NCBI GenBank assembly: GCA_043228905.1
Contig: JBHGNT010000012.1
Span: forward strand, 18,724,001-18,788,000
DNA length: 64,000 nt
Origin: Azolla caroliniana
Taxonomy: Eukaryota; Plantae; Polypodiophyta
Direction: 5' to 3'
Shown: positions 25,954 through 38,679 of the stretch, in pieces
Layout of the letters: every line of letters starts with the position of its first letter
Numbering within the stretch: position 1 is the first letter of the stretch
Program-made: the position numbers and the translations under genes
Notes under the pieces: generated by a model
Told to the model about the DNA's origin: nothing
Database searches by the model: none
What the model saw: only the letters and a program-made list of their open reading frames with translations

Positions 25954-28206
25954 AGATGGCTATCAAGGTGTGGGGCCGCGATAGTCCGGACACTCCGGGA
26001 GAACCCCACAAGTGTACGATAGCGAAGAAGACCTGTACTATAAGTAGGAAATTTTGGTTCTCCGACAACGGAGGGTATACGATAGTTGACGTTGTTGGGC
26101 GGAAGAAGAAGAGGGCGGAGGAGCGACTTCGGGCATGTGGCATCCTCGGCCTTGGAGAGGAAATCAACGAAGCCGTGGAGGCGGTCTCTTTCGACGATAC
26201 CTTGGGGAAGCTGCGAGAGGTAGTCGGAGGAGTCTTTAAAGAGGACCGGACGATTCCGGTATGTTCGGAAAAGATGTATGAGGTCATCGCGGACTTCAAA
26301 AGAGGGCTCGAGTCAGTTCGAAAGGCCCGAGTGGACACGAGGTACAAGACTGTGGACCAGAAGGTGAGGCCAGTCGCGGCTCCCTTGCCGGAGGGCAGCG
26401 AGTTGCGAATAAAGGGGGTTGCGTCGGACCCGAGTTTACGAAATCCAGCCCGCATAGGATACACGTTCACTGACATAACGCTACGGGAGCTCAAGGTTGG
26501 TGGGGGCGGCTTCCTACTGCCGACGGAGGAAGACCGGTTTCGGGGAATGCTCGGAAGGCACGGGAAGGCTTTCGCATTCTCGCCGGAGGAGATCGGGTGC
26601 GTAGACCCGACAGTCGTGGAACCGATGGTGATATTCACGGTACCGCATGTGCCGTGGAGTCTCAAACCGATTCCAGTACCCAGAGCTCACATCCCGAAGC
26701 TGATGGAGCTGTTAAAGCAGAAGGTCGAGATGGGAATCCTCGAACCTTCAAGTGCCCCATACTCGAATCGTTGGTTTACCGTGCCGAAGAAGGACGGCAT
26801 GCTGCGCTTTATTCAGAACCTGCAGCTGGTCAACAAGGTGACCATTCGAAACGCAGGAATTGGACCGACAATAGACGAGTTCGCGGAGGCCTTCGCCGGA
26901 AGGTCGATTTACTCGGTCGGTGATCTCTACTCGGGGTACGATCAGTTCCAGCTCGCCATAGAGAGCAGAGACATCACGATAATGCGAACTCCTCTCGGCC
27001 TAGTACGGATGTGTACCCTGCCGCAAGGAGGGACGAACTCGATGGCTCACATCGTGAACGCAATGAACAAAGTGTTGAGGGATTGTACCCCGGACATCAC
27101 CATGCCGTTTTTGGACGACGTCCCGATCAAGGGATGCCCGGTGGAGGAAAGGGACGAGACGATCGGACCGGACGGATGCCGGAAATTCGTGGCGACGCAC
27201 ATCGATGACTGTGAGAAGGTGCTGCAGAGGTTGGAGGGAGCAAGGCTCACCTTCTCCAAGGGAAAATCAGCCTTCGGGCAATCAGAGATCATGGTCGTCG
27301 GACACCTATGCGGGCCGTACGGCCAGAAACCGTCTCCTGCTAAGGTAGAAGCCATCTCCGCGTTGAGGAACGACTGCAGCTCGGTCACGGAGGTTCGGAG
27401 GTTCGGAGGTTCTTCGGAGTGTGCGCGTTCTACCACATATGGATCCCGCAGAGGTTCATGGGTTCGGAGGTTCTTGGGAGCTCTGGGGTATCGTTTCGGG
27501 GCAAAGGTAATTATCGAGACGGACTGCCTACCAATTCTGGGCATGGTTTCCGGATGCGCGACACCGGACCTGGCAATGCTCAGGTGGATAGCGTACTGTT
27601 GAAAATAATCGACACTTTCTAAACTCCACTTCTCGGCCACAACCAAGGAAACACACGAATCGTTGTTGCAGAAAATGGGAAATGCAAAAAATAAGTGGAC
27701 ACGCGATTTAACGTGGAAAACCCTGTACGGGAAAAATCACGGGAGTGCAAGGCTCCAACTATCACTATACGCTGGGAAATATACAATGGCGAGCTGCAAG
27801 GCGACGACCTTGAGCTCGCTATCCTCGCCACAGGCGGCGGTATTACACAGAGGCGTCGACCTCTTCCTCTCTCGCGCTCTATCTCTCTCACGGCTGCTCT
27901 CTCTTCACTCCTCTTGAGTGGAAAAACAGAAAAATGAGTAGCAACATAAAAACTGTTTGCCCTAAGTCATATTTATACACATATGACTTTCGGGCTATTT
28001 ACAACTATAGCCTCAAGGGCCCTTGGCAAACATATTCACAGATATGTCCCCGCATCCGGATCTCTCTCCGGGTACATTCGTCATCCGGCTCCGAAGCCGG
28101 GGTCTTCATCATCCGGTTCCGAAACCGCAACCGGGCTTGTCGGCATTCATCTCCGACATCCGACCATCCCATCCGGAAGGGACCGTAATCCCAACAAACT
28201 CCCCCT

Positions 28207-31200
28207 TCACTTCGGCATGGGATGTCTCTCCAATCCGATCCTCTTCCGGCATGCTTCCAGCTTGTCGGGTGTGAGCACCTTGGTCAGCATATCCGACCCG
28301 TTCTCGTCCGTGTGGATCTTCGTCAGCACGAACTCCTCGTCTTCTATCCTTTCCCGGATCCAGTGATATCTTCGCTGGATGTGCTTCGTCCGGGAGTGAT
28401 AGGCCGCGTTCTTCGCAAGGTGGATTGCACTCTGACTGTCGCAGTAGAGTCGGTACTCCTCCTGCCGGATACCGAGCTCTCTAATGAAGTCCTTCATCCA
28501 TATTATTTCCTTGCCGGCTTCAACAGCCGCCATGTACTCCGCCTCCGTGGTTGACAACGCAACCGTCTTCTGCAGCCTCGACTGCCATGAAACAACTCCC
28601 CCTGCATACGTCATCACATACCCTGATGTGGACCGGCTGGTATCTGCATCAGCCGACATATCCGAATCGGTGAAGCCGTCGAGTTCGGGCTTACCGGAGC
28701 CGAATCGGAGGCACACATTTGCTGTGCCCTTCAGGTATCGGAGTATCCACTTGGCCGCGTTCCAATGCTCTTTGCCGGGATTGCTCATGTACCGGCTCAC
28801 CACTCCGACTGCATATCCTATGTCCGGTCGGGTACACACCATTGCGTACATCAAGCTCCCGACGGCAGAGGCATATGGTACTTTCATCATGTCCTCCTTC
28901 TCAACCTTTGTCTTGGGGCTTTGCTTGCTGGACAACTTGCAGTTTGCCGGGAGTGTTGACCCGACCGGTCTTGCTTCCGACATGTTGAACCGGTGAAGCA
29001 CCTTTGTCACGTACTTCTCCTGTGACAGCCACAACTGCTTCTTCTTCCGGTCCCGGATGATGTGCATCCCTAGTATTTGCCTCGCCGGACCCAGGTCCTT
29101 CATTGAGAAGGTTCGGTGAAGAGCCTTCTTCAGCATCCCTATCTTGACCTGGTCCCGTCCGACGATCAACATGTCGTCTACGTACAGGAGGAGTATTAGA
29201 AAGTCTCCTCCTTCGAACTTCTTCACAAACACGCAGTGGTCGGACTGCGTTGTCGTAGTGTATTTCGTACACTACGTGAAAAAGGAAAAATAATATAACC
29301 GATTTAATTACATATAAATAAATAAAATAAGAATATCAAAATATTTATCACGTGCATAGGGCAAGATTTGAACCTGTACCTCCACGTAGCCAAACCTCAA
29401 CTTTACCATTATGCTACCTTATCTTTAGTGTTCTACAAATAGATTTAATAACTATAAGTGCTTTATTTACACATACCTTTATTAAAAGGTAAATCATGTA
29501 TTTTTAGAGTGCGTGAATATTTTATAGAAAAACGCTAGCAACTAAAAAGTGACTCATGCACATCTAGCGTGCATGAGCACTATATTTAGCAAATAAAAGC
29601 AAGGATTAGAAAAGCATCACATGCACATTTAGTGTGCATGAACATATTAGAAAAAAGCATGTAGCTATGCTTAGTCTCTCCCATCACTATATAAGGATGG
29701 GGAGCACATTGTAGTTTTTGTTGATTATTTTTCTATAATGATCAATCAATCTAAAATATTCGTGGGATTCACGAATTTGCTAAAATAATTCTCTCTTACT
29801 ACCTAAAATATTGACTAAATATACTAAACTCGTGGGATTCACGAGATTCTTATCTTATAACTCTTTATACCTATTCTTTACTAGCCTTATTTGTATTTTT
29901 CTTTCCTCCTAGTCCAAAACCTCGGCGGTTCCCACCCGACTCACGCAACGATCCGGAGCCAAAAGGCACGACACAGTTGGTGAACCCGACGTGAAGGCAG
30001 GTGGCAAGGAGATGGAGAATCAACAAGAGGCGATGAACATGATGATGATGATGTTCGAGCGGATGCTACAAGAACAACGAGCGATGTCGGAGATCACGGG
30101 GGCAGTAAAGCGGCTCGTACAACGAAATGGACAATTCAACGGAAACGATGTGTCATGCTATCTACGTGACTACAAAGGGGAGATGATGCGATGTGGGATA
30201 CCGGAAGGATTGCAAGTGATATCCTTCAGTCGGGTAGCCACGGATGAGCTACAAGAGAGAATCCACAAGATACGGCAACAAAACTCGACATGGGGGTCAT
30301 TCGAAGAAGCTTTACGAGAGGCATATGATTACAAGAGATCGAAGGGACAAGATCGGCGAAAATTCGACGAATGGGTGGCATCGGAGAAGACCCACCGAAG
30401 TGCAACACAAGCATTCCTAGAGTTCGAGCATCGTCTTGCTCGACTCTCGGAGCGGGAACAACGGTTGGTGGGGGAGGATAAAGTCCTAATGTTCGTAAAA
30501 TCGATCGATCGAAAAGAAAGGATGGACATCGGGATCGAACTCGAAGACGATGACGGTGCGAACGGTCTTACCGAGGATTGGGCCAAAGTCGAAAGGGTAT
30601 GCCGAAGACATGATGAGAGGAAGATGAGAATCTCGTCAACAACGACATGGCCCATGAAGGATGGTCGATTGAGGAAAAACGATGAAGCCGATATGAAGGC
30701 CGAAATACAACATGATGGTGCGACGGAAGAGGGTGTAAAACAAGCTACCCTCTTGTCTTGCGAAAGAACAACGACAAAGGATAAGGCCGATAACCCAAGT
30801 GTAGAAGAAGATTTCGGAATACAAGTGTCCGAAACATCAGGTGAAAAAGGGGTAAGCATAATTGATGTTTCCATAATTGATGCAGTGAAAGAGAGCAAGG
30901 AGGACTTGATTGAGGAGGTCACCAAGAAAGATGACATCGAATCGAAGGTGGCTATGGACGAATCAACGACGGATGGCCATATCGAGATTTCTCCACCGCT
31001 GATTCCAGAGACTCCGGCGGTTGCGTTCGAAAGGCAACGTGAGACCGAAGAGACGGAAGGTGGCGGAGAGAAAACAAAGGTCGAAGTCGATGCATACGAC
31101 AGAGAGATAGCCGAGAATATGGCTATGGGTGAAACAATGGAGGATGATAATACTGAGGATTCCTGCCCACTAATCCTAGAGACTTCGGCGGTTGTGTCTG

Positions 31201-34200
31201 AGAAGCAAGGTGAGACCGGAGAGACAGGAGGTGGCGGCAAGAAAGGTAAAGTCGGAAGCCGGTTCGGATGGAAGGTGATCCGGACGGGATTCCGATCCGA
31301 AAGAAAGCCGAACCGGGTAAAAGACGATTCGGCCAAAAGACGAACCGAAAGAAAGCCGAACCGAAAGGAAGAGAATTCGGCCGAAAGACGACCCGAAAGA
31401 AAGCCGACCCGAAAAGGGGTCGACTCGGTCAAAACCGATCGACCGAGTCTGACTTGGCCGAACGCGAATATGGATGGAAGCCGACCTAGCCGAAAGCCGA
31501 TCGGACGAGACCGATCCGAAAAGAAGCTAATCCGACTCAACCGGAGGTTGGACCAGTCGAGGCTGGTGAAAACGAGGAAAAGAAAGCCAACCGAAACCGA
31601 AACCGATAGATCGAAACCGGGCCGGAAGGAGACCGACTCAATCGAAACCGAACAACCGATTCCGATTCGGCCGAATACGAATCCGATCGGAAGCCGATCA
31701 AACCGAAAGTTGATCGGACGAGAGCGATCCGGAAAAAAGTCAAGGTTGATGAAGACAAGAAAGAGGCCAGTAAAAGACACTACCACGAATGACAAGGGCC
31801 AAGAATATGACGAGAGAGAACAAAGAATATGGTGGATTGGATGGCGACAATGGTTCGGGTGGAAAGAATGGGTCTACTCAAAATGGAGAGACAAAGTTGA
31901 CATAGCGGGACAAACGGAGGATGAAGGGGAGACAACGAGCATCGGCAACTTCGGCACATACCGGAGGATGTGCGGGTTCGGAGGGGGCGAGTGTCGTAGT
32001 GTATTTCGTACACTACGTGAAAAAGGAAAAATAATATAACCGATTTAATTACATATAAATAAATAAAATAAGAATATCAAAATATTTATCACGTGCATAG
32101 GGCAAGATTTGAACCTGTACCTCCACGTAGCCAAACCTCAACTTTACCATTATGCTACCTTATCTTTAGTGTTCTACAAGAATAGATTTAATAACTATAA
32201 GTGCTTTATTTACACATACCTTTATTAAAAGGTAAATCATGTATTTTTAGAGTGCGTGAATATTTTATAGAAAAACGCTAGCAACTAAAAAGTGACTCAT
32301 GCACATCTAGCGTGCATGAGCACTATATTTAGCAAATAAAAGCAAGGATTAGAAAAGCATCACATGCACATTTAGTGTGCATGAACATATTAGAAAAAAG
32401 CATGTAGCTATGCTTAGTCTCTCCCATCACTATATAAGGATGGGGAGCACATTGTAGTTTTTGTTGATTATTTTTCTATAATGATCAATCAATCTAAAAT
32501 ATTCGTGGGATTCACGAATTTGCTAAAATAATTCTCTTACTACCTAAAATATTGACTAAATATACTAAACTCGTGGGATTCACGAGATTCTTATCTTATA
32601 ACTCTTTATACCTATTCTTTACTAGCCTTATTTGTATTTTTCTTTCCTCCTAGTCCAAAACCTCGGCGGTTCCCACCCGACTCATGCAACGATCCGGAGC
32701 CAAAAGGCACGACAGCGTTTTGAGGTACCCTTCGTCGGTCATGAAAGAGTCGAACTTCCGGTACCATTGCCGGGGAGCCTGCTTCAGTCCGTAAAGGCTC
32801 TTCTTCAACCGGCATACCAGGTGCTCCTTCCCTTTCTTCTCGAATCCTTCCGGTTGCTGCATGTAGATCTCTTCTTCGAGGTCGCCGTGAAGGAATGCCG
32901 TCTTCACGTCCATCTGTTCTACCTCGAGGTCCATGCTTGCCGCTATGCTCAGCACCGTCCGGATGGAGGTCATCTTCACTACCGGGGCAAATATCTCGTC
33001 GAAGTCGACGCCCTTCTTCTGCTGGAACCCCTTCACCACGATCCTGGCTTTGTATCTCGGGAGGTTTCCGGCATCTCCCGGTTTCAGCTTGAACACCCAC
33101 TTGTTTCGAAGTGCCCGCTTTCCTTTCGGCAACTCCACAAGTTCATATGTGTGGTTCTCATGCAGGGAATCCATCTCCTCCTGCATGGCACTTAACCACC
33201 TGCGGCTATGGGTGTCAAGCTTTGCCTCTTCAAAGCTCTCTGGCTCCCCTTCGTCGGTTAGCAGTACGTGCTCTGGTTCCGGAAATCTCCGGGGGGCCCT
33301 TCTCTCTCTTAGAGGATATCTTCGTTCCGGAGCTTCGGTAACCGGCTCCTCCGTTTCCTCTTCATCCGAATCCATTTCGGGATCGGGGCCGGTTCCGGTA
33401 TCAGTTTCATCTCCCTCGGCCGGTTCTGTTTCTTCACCGTCTTCGGCCGGATCCTCGAGTGTTAACCGGTCCCTTGCCGGTCGGGACTGCTCCTCGTAGA
33501 GTTGATCCTCACCGGTCGACTTGGAGCTCTTCATCTTCTTCTCCGACTCCCAGTCGGCGAGTGTCTTGTCCTCCATGAAGATGATATCTCGACTCCTGAA
33601 TGTCTTCTTGTCGACCGGGTCCCATACTCGGTAGCCGAACTCGTCATCGCCGTAACCGAGGAATATGCATGGCCGGGTCTTTGGATCTAGCTTTCCTCTC
33701 CGGTCCTTAGCCACATGCACATATGCGAGACACCCGAACACCTTCAGATGCCGGTAGGATACTTCCCTACCGGTCCACACTCTCTGCGGCGTGTCTCCGT
33801 CCAAAGGTACTGAGGGTGATCTGTTTATCACGTATGTCGCCGTCGACATCGCCTCAGCCCAAAACCCCTTGGGTAATTCCGCATGCGCCAGCATACTCCG
33901 GACCCTCTCCATTATGGTCCGGTTCATCCTCTCGGCCAGCCCGTTCAGTTCCGGCGTCTTCGGCACAGTAAACACGAGCCGGATTCCCTTCGAGCGACAG
34001 TACTCCGCGAACTGCCCCCGGTATTCCCCTCCGTTATCCGCTCGTATCGCTTTCAGCTTCTTGCCGGATTCCCTTTCCACTCTCGCGTGGAGTTCTTTGA
34101 AGACGGACAACACTTGGTCCTTTGTCTTCAGCGGTGCCGTCCACAGCTTCCGGCTATGGTCATCTATGAATGTGACGAAGTACTGGGCTCCGCCATGTGA

Positions 34201-35748
34201 CTTCGTTTCTACCTGACACACGTCGGTGTGCACCAACTCCAATGGTGCGCTACGTCTCGTCGGTGGCCTTGAGCGGAAGGAGGTCCGGTTTTGCTTACCG
34301 GCCAGGCAATCGGTGCACTTCTCCAGGTGCACGTGCTTCACTGGAATAAGGTTGTCTTCTGCAAGCCTCTTCATCCCCTTCTCACTCATGTGGCACAGTC
34401 TCTTGTGCCATAGCTCACCGGCAATGTCGGCTGCCACGTTCAGTTCCTCCGGACATAGCCGGGAATTCATCAGGTACAGTGTGTTGACCTTCCGGGCCCG
34501 AGCCACTATCAGGCTCCCTTTGCTGAACTTCATGACCCCATTCCGGATGCTACCCGTGTAGCCTTCATCGTCTAGCCTCCCGGCCGAAATCAGGTTCAAT
34601 CGAACCTCCGGAACGTGTCGGACATCCTTCAACAGCATCTTGCATCCGGTTGATGTCATCAGCCACACGTCTCCTATGCCGGCAATCCAGCACGTACCTT
34701 CATTTCCCATCCGGACATAGCCATGCTCACCAGCTGTGTAGGATGAGAAGTATCTTCTTTCCGGGGTCAGGTGGAACGACGCTCCGGAATCGACCACCCA
34801 GGTAGTCTCATCGCCGGCAATGTTTAGTTCACCTTCTTCGGTGATGAGCATGATTTCCTCTTCACTTGCCGCGAATGCCGTCGTTCCTTTCCGGTCCTAC
34901 CCTCGCCGATCCGAACCATTTCGGTCTGTGGCTCCCCGGTAAGCACCGTTCCGTTCTGAAGACTTCTTCGAATCGGTGTCGTCGGCTCCGTTGTCTTTTC
35001 GGTAATGCCGACAATTCTTTCGGAAGTGCCCCAGCTTCCCACAGTGGAAGCATGTGGGCCTTCCTCTTGACTGCGACCGGGTCCCCGACTTCTCCCGTCT
35101 TTGCGGACTCCGGTTCCGTTGTCTTCCCCGATCCGATTCGGTAAACAACATCTTCGGATCGGAGGCCGGTTCTTTATCTCTCCGACGCGCTTCTTCGTTT
35201 AAGATACTTGTCTTTACCGTTTGTAGGGACAAGTTATCTTCGGTGCAGGAGGTGCTGAGAGTCACCACCAAGTTCTCCCAGCTTTCCGGCAATGTACACA
35301 TCAGAATGATGGCTTGCATTGCATCCTCCAGCGGGAACTTGATCGCCGCAAGCTGGTTCACGAATCCCATGAACGTGCTTACGTGTTCCACCATACTCTC
35401 GCCGTCCCGGTACTTGAGGTTCACTATCTTCCTCATCAAGGAGGTCCGGTTCAACGCATTCTTCCTCTCGTAGAGGCCCGACAGCTTCCGCCACATCTCA
35501 TATGCGTTGGTGTCGTTCGCCACATGTTGTAGAACGCTCACGTCGACGTATTGCCGAATGGTTGCAACGGCTTTCCGGTTCAGAAGCCTCCATTCCGACT
35601 CAAGTACCCCCTTCGGTATTTCCGACCTGTCAATCGGTTCGTACAGGTCCCGAACAATCAGAAGATCCTCCATCTTGATCTTCCAGTCGGCGTAATTCTG
35701 CGCATTCAGCACCATCATCCCCGGCTGCCCGCTGCCGCCGCCTTCCAT
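28207..35748 (-). CDS. Copia C gag-pol polyprotein; continuous except for one in-frame TAG (34897-34899) and insertion W
   Basis: Gag with CFHCGKLGHFRKNC; protease WVVDSGAS; integrase VHTDVC/RADNGGEY; RT LYVDDML; RNase H FTDSD...EAEY. All segments are in one frame. Confidence 0.9.
29251..32714 (+). mobile_element. Gag-only non-autonomous LTR element W (TR-GAG-like), Trp PBS
   Basis: 723-bp LTRs 29251-29973 and 31992-32714 are nearly identical; TSD GCGT; PBS 29978-29995; PPT GGAGGGGGCGAG. Confidence 0.93.
30012..32039 (+). CDS. Gag-related protein of W with acidic, basic and Trp-rich C-terminal extensions
   Basis: The N-terminal ~200 aa aligns with X/Y gag (GQFNGNDVSCYLRDYKGEM vs GRFSGKDATSYVASYRAEM; GLTEDWAKVERVC vs GLTADWAVVKRVC). 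The ORF is uninterrupted and stops inside the 3' LTR. Confidence 0.85.
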   Translation: MENQQEAMNMMMMMFERMLQEQRAMSEITGAVKRLVQRNGQFNGNDVSCYLRDYKGEMMRCGIPEGLQVISFSRVATDELQERIHKIRQQNSTWGSFEEALREAYDYKRSKGQDRRKFDEWVASEKTHRSATQAFLEFEHRLARLSEREQRLVGEDKVLMFVKSIDRKERMDIGIELEDDDGANGLTEDWAKVERVCRRHDERKMRISSTTTWPMKDGRLRKNDEADMKAEIQHDGATEEGVKQATLLSCERTTTKDKADNPSVEEDFGIQVSETSGEKGVSIIDVSIIDAVKESKEDLIEEVTKKDDIESKVAMDESTTDGHIEISPPLIPETPAVAFERQRETEETEGGGEKTKVEVDAYDREIAENMAMGETMEDDNTEDSCPLILETSAVVSEKQGETGETGGGGKKGKVGSRFGWKVIRTGFRSERKPNRVKDDSAKRRTERKPNRKEENSAERRPERKPTRKGVDSVKTDRPSLTWPNANMDGSRPSRKPIGRDRSEKKLIRLNRRLDQSRLVKTRKRKPTETETDRSKPGRKETDSIETEQPIPIRPNTNPIGSRSNRKLIGRERSGKKSRLMKTRKRPVKDTTTNDKGQEYDEREQRIWWIGWRQWFGWKEWVYSKWRDKVDIAGQTEDEGETTSIGNFGTYRRMCGFGGGECRSVFRTLREKGKII

Positions 35749-38679
35749 TTTCTGCAGCAACTCGCTCTGATACCAGTTTGTTGAAAATAATCGACACTTT
35801 CTAAACTCCACTTCTCGGCCACAACCAAGGAAACACACGAATCGTTGTTGCAGAAAATGGGAAATGCAAAAAATAAGTGGACACGCGATTTAACGTGGAA
35901 AACCCTGTACGGGAAAAACCACGGGAGTGCAAGGCTCCAACTATCACTATACGCTGGGAAATATACAATGGCGAGCTGCAAGGCGACGACCTTGAGCTCG
36001 CTATCCTCGCCACAGGCGGCGGTATTACACAGAGGCGTCGACCTCTTCCTCTCTCGCGCTCTATCTCTCTCACGGCTGCTCTCTCTTCACTCCTCTTGAG
36101 TGGAAAAACAGAAAAATGAGTAGCAACATAAAAACTGTTTGCCCTAAGTCATATTTATACACATATGACTTTCGGGCTATTTACAACTATAGCCTCAAGG
36201 GCCCTTGGCAAACATATTCACAGATATGTCCCCGCATCCGGATCTCTCTCCGGGTACATTCGTCATCCGGCTCCGAAGCCGGGGTCTTCATCATCCGGTT
36301 CCGAAACCGCAACCGGGCTTGTCGGCATTCATCTCCGACATCCGACCATCCCATCCGAAAGGGACCGTAATCCCAACACGTACATCAAGTCCCTGAATCC
36401 GGAAATACGACACATTTCCGGGAAAGACAACGCCATGGCCGACATGCTTTCAAGGGCGAGGTTCGAAAACGACGACAGCATGGTTTCACAGGATGAGGAA
36501 GTCGGCGTGGACTTCTTCGAGGCGGCTTACGTGACAACCAACGGGGAATGCTCTCCAACGCTTAACGACTTCGACGAGAGCAAGTATGACGGGGAGTGGT
36601 TGCAGATCGGCGGGTTCCTGAAAACAATGACACCAGACGCGGCATGGACAACGGACGAGGCCAACCGGATTCGGAAGAAAACCTACCGATTCTTTCTCCG
36701 GGACGGATACATCTGGAAGCACCCAAAGAAGAGGAACGGCATCCCGCTCCGAGTGGTGGCGAAGAAGGGGTAACAGAAGGATTTGCTGGCGGCGTACCAC
36801 GATAGCCCGTGGGCTGGACACCGTGGAACGTGGGCCACGTTCGAAAAGCTAAAGGGGAAGTACTATTGGCCGGGACTATACCGGGACGTGCATCGGTTCA
36901 TGACAACTTGGGAAAGCTGTCAGGTGCACTCCATGATCCGACATCGGGACGAGCTTCACGCGACCTACCCTCCGACCATCCACTTCAAGTGGATGGTGGA
37001 TTTGGTGACGATGCCGATGGGGGTAGGACAGATGCGGTATCTGGTGCTGGCTTGGGAAGATCGAACGAACCAGGTTGAAGGCCGAGCCCTGCAGAACAAG
37101 ACGACGGCATCCGTGTGCCGGTTTTTGATTGAGGACGTGGTATGCCGATACGGGTGCGTAGGGAAGATCGTGGCTGACCGTGGTGAGTTGGACGCAGAAG
37201 AAGCCGAAGAGCTGTTCGACCGGCTAGGAGTCAAAATTTCGCTCACCACAGCGTACAATCCGGAGGCGAACGGGAAGATGGAGCACGGACACGGGCCAAT
37301 TGTCAAAGCGCTAGTACGGGCATGCGGAGGCTGAGTCGGGGACTGGCCACGGCTACTACCTTACGCCTTGTGGGCGGACCGGACTACACACAGTTCGGTA
37401 ACCGGGTTCATGCCGGCCGAGCTGATGTTCGGACAGAAGCCGATCATGCCAACAGAGCGAACGATCTCCTCGTGGGCCACGGTGGACTGGAGGGATGAGA
37501 TGAGCTGGGAGGAGCTATTGGCAGCGCGGATTCGACAGCTCGAGCGGAGGCCGGAAGACGTAGAGCGAGCCGCGGAGAAACTTCGGGTAGCGAGGATAAG
37601 GAGCAAAGCCCGGTTCAACCGAGCACACCGACTCCGGCCAAGGAAGATCGAGGAAGGCCACTCGGTGCTAGTCTACGACAGCAGCCTCAACAATCAGCAC
37701 AGGGCCACGCGGAAGGTTGCGAGGAGGTGGTTCAGGCCTTACGTAGTAACAGGCGCCAACGGCAATGGGACATACCATCTCGTAGAGCTCGACGGTACGA
37801 GAATGGCGATACCGCTGGCGGGGAAGAGGATCAAAGCGTTCAAGAAATGACACAATGGTGAGCCGGAGCTAGGAGGCACGGACAGCAACGACGAGCAGCC
37901 CGAGGCGGAAGACGAACCATTTAACGAGGAATAAAAGCAAGGACCGGTTTTCTTCAAGCCGGAACCCAAATTTTGGCGCATACCGGTGGATGTGCGGTTA
38001 GGTGGGGGCGGATGTCGTGAAGAAAACCGTCCCCAGGCGCAAACCGTGTATAGTGTGTGTGAACCGGCCCTTACACGTGGGCACGTCCCTTGTCGTATAG
38101 TAGGTAGGAAGGCGCAAGGGTTAGATCCTAGGTAGCAATATTCTATAGGGAGAATCGAGGAGTATCTCTATCCGAAAGGACAGAGAATTAATGTGATGTA
38201 AACGGGCAAGACGGCCTCCCTCCTTGAGCTATAAAAGAGAGGGAGACGGGGGAGAGAGGGATCGTGCGCTAGAGGGGACGAAGTGCTGCCGGACTGGGAC
38301 CAAGCTCTTCTCCTCTGTCGTTCTCCATAAGCTTTCTTTGCGCAAGTTCTCGAGAGGCTGATTCTGCTCCGTGGAACGCCCGTGTGCTTCCGGCAGAATC
38401 TCTATCTTGCTCCCCTGTATGTGTGGGTGATTAGGCGTCGACACCCATCTCGCCGACCTGATCGGCTGTAACCGTCCGAGTCATCTGCATACATATATTT
38501 ATATACGTGTTCTTATACTCTACCTCCTGCCCAACTTGTGTCTCTTGTGTTGATCGGGCTGCGTTCCCGCGTGCTTCTTTGTCTATCCGTGTGTGAGCGT
38601 GTCTCTCACTCTCTCTCTCTCTTCTCACCTATTCCTCGATCCAAGACCCCAGTGGTCCCGCCTTGTTCTCCACGCACGC

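Larger units (their letters stand above)
27597..36378 (-). mobile_element. Young Ty1/Copia element C (Tnt1/Tork-like)
   Basis: 600-bp LTRs 27597-28196 and 35779-36378 (I see only 2 differences); TSD CGTAC; Met PBS TGGTATCAGAGC at 35764-35775; PPT at 28197-28207. Confidence 0.96.
25956..37935 (+). pseudogene. Y pol (RT-RNase H-integrase) in the -1 frame; internal deletion near 27400-27510; split by Copia C
   Basis: RT FLDDVPIKG. LRWIAY|IKSLNPEI rejoins across C. Integrase at 36783-37850. Confidence 0.88.

Noticed and set aside
30329-31795. 488-aa antisense ORF in W
   Set aside because: It is a Ser/Phe-rich mirror of the purine-rich sense ORF, with no independent motif.
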